A stretch of 64,000 bases of DNA, taken from contig NMRA01000354.1 in assembly GCA_002633005.1 (NCBI GenBank), positions 248,001 through 312,000 of the forward strand, read 5' to 3'. The notes under the pieces were generated by a model. It was given only the letters and a program-made list of their open reading frames with translations. It did no database searches and had not been told where the DNA came from. This DNA comes from Phoronis australis. Lineage: Eukaryota > Animalia > Phoronida. Below, in pieces: positions 59,040 through 64,000 of this stretch (its first letter is position 1; each line of letters opens with the position of its first letter). The translations under genes were made by a program, and so were the position numbers.

Positions 59040-62000
59040 ATGCCCAAATGTTTCGTAGTCACGTGCTTGCTAATTAGCACAGTGGGAGGTCTGTTTAAGA
59101 AATTGTCCAACGATTGGCTGTCAGAGGTGAACACAGCGCAACTTAACTACGGTGTGGCGGTGACGGACGTGGATGACGATGGGTTCATGGAGTGGATCGT
59201 TGCAGGGTGAGTACATTGTTGAGTTGATGGAGGAAGGTGGCGAGGAATGTGGGAATTAGGTCACTTGTCACATTATACACCGCGAACACCGAGCAACCGA
59301 TAAGTCACAAGCTACGCGAAGCTCAATCGACTGTAGACAGTGACCACCGGCTCTAGCTGGCCCAGTAGCGGTGTAGAGCTCCGTCGGAAGATTTTCGGCG
59401 AATTATGCCTCACACTGATTAAAAAATCACGCTGTACGTTATAACTGAGTCATCTTTTGCACACAGAGGGCATCTTAGGAGGCCACCTATGTCTTTAATT
59501 GCTTCCAACTCGAGCAAATACTCCCATTGTCAAACTTTTTCTTGGAGCAACCCCTCGTTCAGTTCCGGCGAAAATCGGAAACTGGCCATTTTCAGTACAG
59601 CGCGCGGCAAGCGGCATGACGTTATATCCCCAGGCGTGCGTAGTGTAAAAATGGCCCGTTACAGATTTTTGGAACTGAGCGAGGGACTGCTCAAAGAAAA
59701 AGTTTGATAACGCGAGTATTTGGTCGAGTCGGAAGGAATTAAAGACACCAACGGCCTCCTAACGTGTCCCTCTCTGCGCAAAAGGTATTTAATACAACGT
59801 AACTTTGATGTTTTAGTCGGTGTGACGCATAATTCGCCGAAAAGTGTTTGAAGCTTAATTCTAGTATAGGCTACACCGTCTCTACTGGGCCAGCTAGAGA
59901 CGGTGGTCACGACTGTCTAAATCGACTGTAGACTATTGATGGAACTTGACTGTGTAAATAATCGGGATTTAAACAAGTTTCCGAAATTTAGGGTCCCGAT
60001 ATCCATATCGAATGCTATTATTTATTTAAACACACAATTGAATTTTAAACTTTTGCAAAGACGAACATTGGATTCGCACTTAGCGCAATTATTATACATT
60101 GTTGCGCCCTGTAACTATTCTCACTCTGTCCAGTGCGATGTAGGAATATTCCTACTTCGCGCTGGAATATTCCTACATCGCATTGTTCTCCAAGCTCAAA
60201 AATCAAGCTTAGTTTCGTAGCTCGCTGGTTCCCTGCGTGCTTAGCCAGCTAATGACCACCTAGCGGCACGCAGGGTACCAGCGAGAATTGCGTGGATAAG
60301 ACAGACCTCGCGAAATCACGCAAGTGAAAAGCGAGTGTTTCGCGAGCATGTGAGCTTACTAGCTTATCGTAAGAAAATCATCGCGGCCGCTAGAAAGTGC
60401 ATGACCGACCGGGCTAGGTGTTGAACTGTAGGAAGACTGTTTCTATGGCAATGGCGAAGATTTTTCGCAGCAAGTGCAAGCTATCTACAGAATTCAGTCC
60501 ACTTGTATGACGTTTTAAGACCAAACCGAAAAAGGTAGTTTGCCTGACCCATTTGCTGGTCGCCTTCGACAATCTGCACCCCATTCACAATTCTTATTCA
60601 CGTTCTCGAATTCAGAGTAACTTAACTATCCATGACGTCCTTAAACACGGAACTCACGGTAAGCATCAAATCATGCTTCATGGATGTAAAAACGCCAGTT
60701 TCACCTTTATGCATTGCAAGAATGCCGTACGAAAATCCCTTCCACCCTGTTGTAAACGAATGACTCTAGGTGCGCATATAGTGGCGAGAGTGGAACAAAA
60801 ATTTCTTGATGTTCTATGATCTCTCAATCCGATGGCCATTCCACTTAAAGTGACACTTTCGGTGACAATGATCATTTTCAAGACGGATCCTAACCCACGA
60901 CACTGTTAGTAGAGCTAAAAGACGATGTGGCAAGTACCGTAGCCGGTATGTAAATGATTATGTCACAGGCCTCGCTTCAACTAAGTCTACCGAATGTCCG
61001 GAAACCAACGTCGGGAATGAGCGATTTCTAATAAAGTCACAAAAAACACTATGCATCTTTTGTTTTAGATCTCTCGTCAAAGGCAATAATTTCAAGAGGT
61101 AGATCCAACCTAACAACAATCCCAAAATGCGTTTTTCGGACCTCAAATCGATGTTACGTTTCGTAATGCGTTTTCGGGTAGTCTTACTTCACATTGGTTG
61201 TCCTTATCGTTTAAGTGTTTGTTATTTTGCGCTGAAACCTACGCATTTTCTACGACGTAATGGCGGAAACGCGTCTTAGACAGAACAACAAAGACATTTT
61301 CCCGGAATTTCGCGTCATATCAGGTTAATTACATTTTATCTCCAGCGCATACAGCGCTATTGGCGCCGCCCTTAATAAAAACACATCCAACCGGTAATAG
61401 ACGATCCATCAATCTGCATCGCGGAGTATCGTAAAACAGTCTTTGTAATTTGGCTTGCGTTTTGCAAGGGCGGATTATCAGACAATGATCTATATTAACG
61501 ATCCTATCTGTAAATATTTTGACGTTTAGTCGTGAATTTAAGTGCTTTTCAATTTCACAGTGTGTTTTATTTGTAAAGCGTAGGCATCTTACAATAACAT
61601 GCCGTCGTCATCCATTTCAAAGGCAGTATGTTATTTTCTCATCAAAATACAGTCAACAAACGAATTGAAAGTCCAGGTGCTGGCCCGATGTGCTGTTTAA
61701 ACCATCAGTGTAATCTCCCTTACTTCCTGCCCTGTCCAATTATCTAATGATAAAACCTAAAAACTGAGAAGCGAAATGAAGATCCTTGCAATGTAAATAA
61801 GATCCAGCTAAGCTGACCAAGATATCAGTGTGTAAGGTATTCGACCAAATCAACCTCTGCCGTTACCAGGGGCAGGTCCATCAGAAGGTGAATATTATTG
61901 AGAGGCCATCTCGAGTCCCCCCATCGCCTCCATCCGTTCCCCCCTGCACAACACTAAACCCCCGCACACAGCTCCGAGTTTTGCAAGCGCTTAGAGCGCA

Positions 62001-64000
62001 ATACTGCTTAATTAGAATATTTTTTATTAATTCCAAAACCCCAAGGACAATTATAGTAACCTAAGAAAAGTCAAAGTTCTATTAATCATATTTTCCATCT
62101 AAAACAAAACCATGGTAACGAATTGAATAACGTTTGATATCAAATAAAAGCGCGACAAAATCAAAGCTAAAACTTCCACCAAAGCGTTCTGGAAACGAAG
62201 TTCGGAAAACAAGTCGCATGGGGCTTTTTCGGCATCGTTCTGCTTGTTTAGTCTATACGAAGAATGTGGGCAAAATATCAATATTTTCTCATTTTTTGAT
62301 CTTTGTGAAAAGTGCCGGTAAACGTTTTCGGGAAAAAATTTCTTTCGACCTTTTTGTTCTGAAAGGTGCATTAAAAATGATAGTGTGTTGAAAGAATCCT
62401 AACCTGTGACAAGTAATACAAAAACCACAAACACTCGTGCGATTTTAATCGAATCCAAACTACTTACAATTGTTTACCTCGAAAACGCTTGGTTTTAAAT
62501 TAGACATAATTCGTTCCAGATTTGTTCTAGGTACTTTTCATTTTCAAACCAGGATCTTCCATGCTCTCTGTAGTTTACATGCACTCTGCAATTACTGCGA
62601 AAATTGAAAATAAAAATAAACACATTTGAAATGCCAGATTACGCAGAAATAATCACGTCTACCGCTTGATGAGCAGCGATTAATAGGAGCAAGATGTCCC
62701 CTGTTTGCATTTTTATAGAAATCTGTTTCGTTTCAGATTTAGTGGCAAGAACTTTGTTCTTAAATATGACCAGACGTCACGAAAATTGAAAGATATTGCT
62801 CAACCTGGGACACCCTTCGCTGAACTAGCAGACAGGATAGGTAACGTTTACACGTGTTAATTCAATGCACTTTATTTCACCGTGTTACGCAAAATTCATA
62901 GCGTACGCGGACTAAAAGGGGTATTAATCAAATGCTTCCCTCGGCGATTTTCAATTATTGTTGCAGCTAACTCTTGTTTAACGCTTTACGTCCTACAGAT
63001 GTTGCATTTGTCTGGTAATAGCTTTGACATACGCCAATTGTTTTCGTAGGAGTTGAAATACAAATTTTGTTATGCAGCCTTCGCATGGAATTTACTGAAG
63101 TCAGGGTTCGAAACTTGATAGACAGGGATTTTTTAAAAAGGAGGACACTCGAAAGTATTTACAATGCTGTGAAAAAACTTACTAGATAGCTCTAAAAATA
63201 AAACAATTCATTCGCAGTTCACCAGCTTTTTACCAAATGTGTAGCAAACACTTCTTATTCTCAAACTAGGCAATGCCAGAGGAGTTTGTGCGTGCGACAT
63301 TGACGGCGACGGTCGCGAAGAAATCTACATAACCAACGCCAATGGTGCTAGGAACCGAAGGTCGCGACACGGGGATCGTCTGTACAAATGGCGTAACGGC
63401 CGTTACGAAAACATTCTCAAAGACAAGGATAACGAAGATTTGCGGTTGAAAATTAAAGGAGGTTACTCCGTAGCATGTCTCGACAGATTTGGAACCGGGC
63501 GCTACGGTTTCGTCATCGCTGTTCACGCTCGGTGTAAGGAAAAAACTGTGTACTTGCAGTGCACGTGTCTTTAAAACTAAACTTCCATTTCCGTGACGAA
63601 ATGGGTGATAGTATTTATTATTATCGACAAAGAAATTACGTTCGCTGTTTTGTCAGTTGATGGATCACTTTTTGTGTTTGTTTTACAACGATCTCTATAC
63701 ATATTTACTGTGCCTATTTGTCTATATGCGTATATTAACAATGCTAACTCGAGAGTTAACACATTTTAGCCAATCGCCACAAGTATCACCTTGTAGAGGT
63801 CAACTGGGACGACCCTACAAATGACGTAATCAGAGGAAAGATCGTACTGCAGGATGCCGCGGAAGAAGCCGGAATCGCCCGAAGTGCTGGTGAGTTTATT
63901 GAAAAAAAATCACATTTAGCTTTTCAATAGCAGTATTTTGATTGCAATATTATTATCACATGTAAGTTAAATTTCCAATACTTCTGTTGCAGGTAAATTG
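59040..64000 (+). CDS. CRTAC1: Cartilage acidic protein 1-like (CRTAC1/ASPIC-UnbV, FG-GAP beta-propeller), 3'-partial
   Basis: Exons: 59040-59206 (signal-peptide-like MPKCFVVTCLLISTVGG, then LNYGVAVTDVDDDGFMEWIVAG), 62737-62840 (FSGKNFVLKYD), 63270-63533 (GNARGVCACDIDGDGREEIY, DRLYKWRNGRYENIL, SVACLDRFGTGRY), 63770-63889 (LQDAAEEAGI), and 63993 to window end. Phases are consistent and the motifs match vertebrate CRTAC1 as I recall it. An upstream acceptor at 58969 implies a non-coding first exon further 5'. Confidence 0.88.
59334..59919. mobile_element. Non-autonomous DNA transposon with ~45-bp TIRs and a 9-bp TSD (Mutator-like by TSD length)
   Basis: TAGACAGTGACCACCGGCTCTAGCTGGCCCAGTAGCGGTGTAG versus CTACACCGTCTCTACTGGGCCAGCTAGAGACGGTGGTCACGACTGTCTA. 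AATCGACTG is duplicated at 59325-59333 and 59920-59928. Confidence 0.85.
60131..60285. repeat. Two adjacent hairpin/palindromic elements
   Basis: 60131-60185: CAGTGCGATGTAGGAATATTCC ... GGAATATTCCTACATCGCATTG (22-bp arms, one mismatch). 60221-60285: CTCGCTGGTTCCCTGCGTGC ... GCACGCAGGGTACCAGCGAG (20-bp arms, one mismatch). Confidence 0.8.

Overview
Intron-rich animal genomic DNA (about 35-40% GC by eye, GT-AG introns; the repeat types suggest a lophotrochozoan such as a mollusc, which is inference). Five protein-coding genes can be reconstructed exon by exon with consistent splice phases. They are CTDSPL2/SCP4 phosphatase (+, 788-13360, 5'-partial), NVL AAA-ATPase (-, 16123-37476), kanadaptin SLC4A1AP (+, 38406-47910, head-to-head with NVL), an intronless mitochondrial aspartyl-tRNA synthetase DARS2 (-, 50001-51911) and a CRTAC1-like secreted FG-GAP protein (+, 59040 to window end). 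A 765-N gap (26715-27479) is flanked by two near-identical ~3.3 kb copies of NVL exons 7-10, most likely a haplotype (false) duplication. Introns hold several MITEs with visible TIRs/TSDs, a tRNA-derived element, a long inverted repeat, minisatellites next to splice acceptors and two degenerate Penelope-type hammerhead motifs. The most interesting signal is a Helentron/HINE-like element family whose ~145-bp internal units each carry a CTCF-consensus-like motif. There are no prokaryotic systems or CRISPR arrays, and nothing here can be called a new biological system with confidence.
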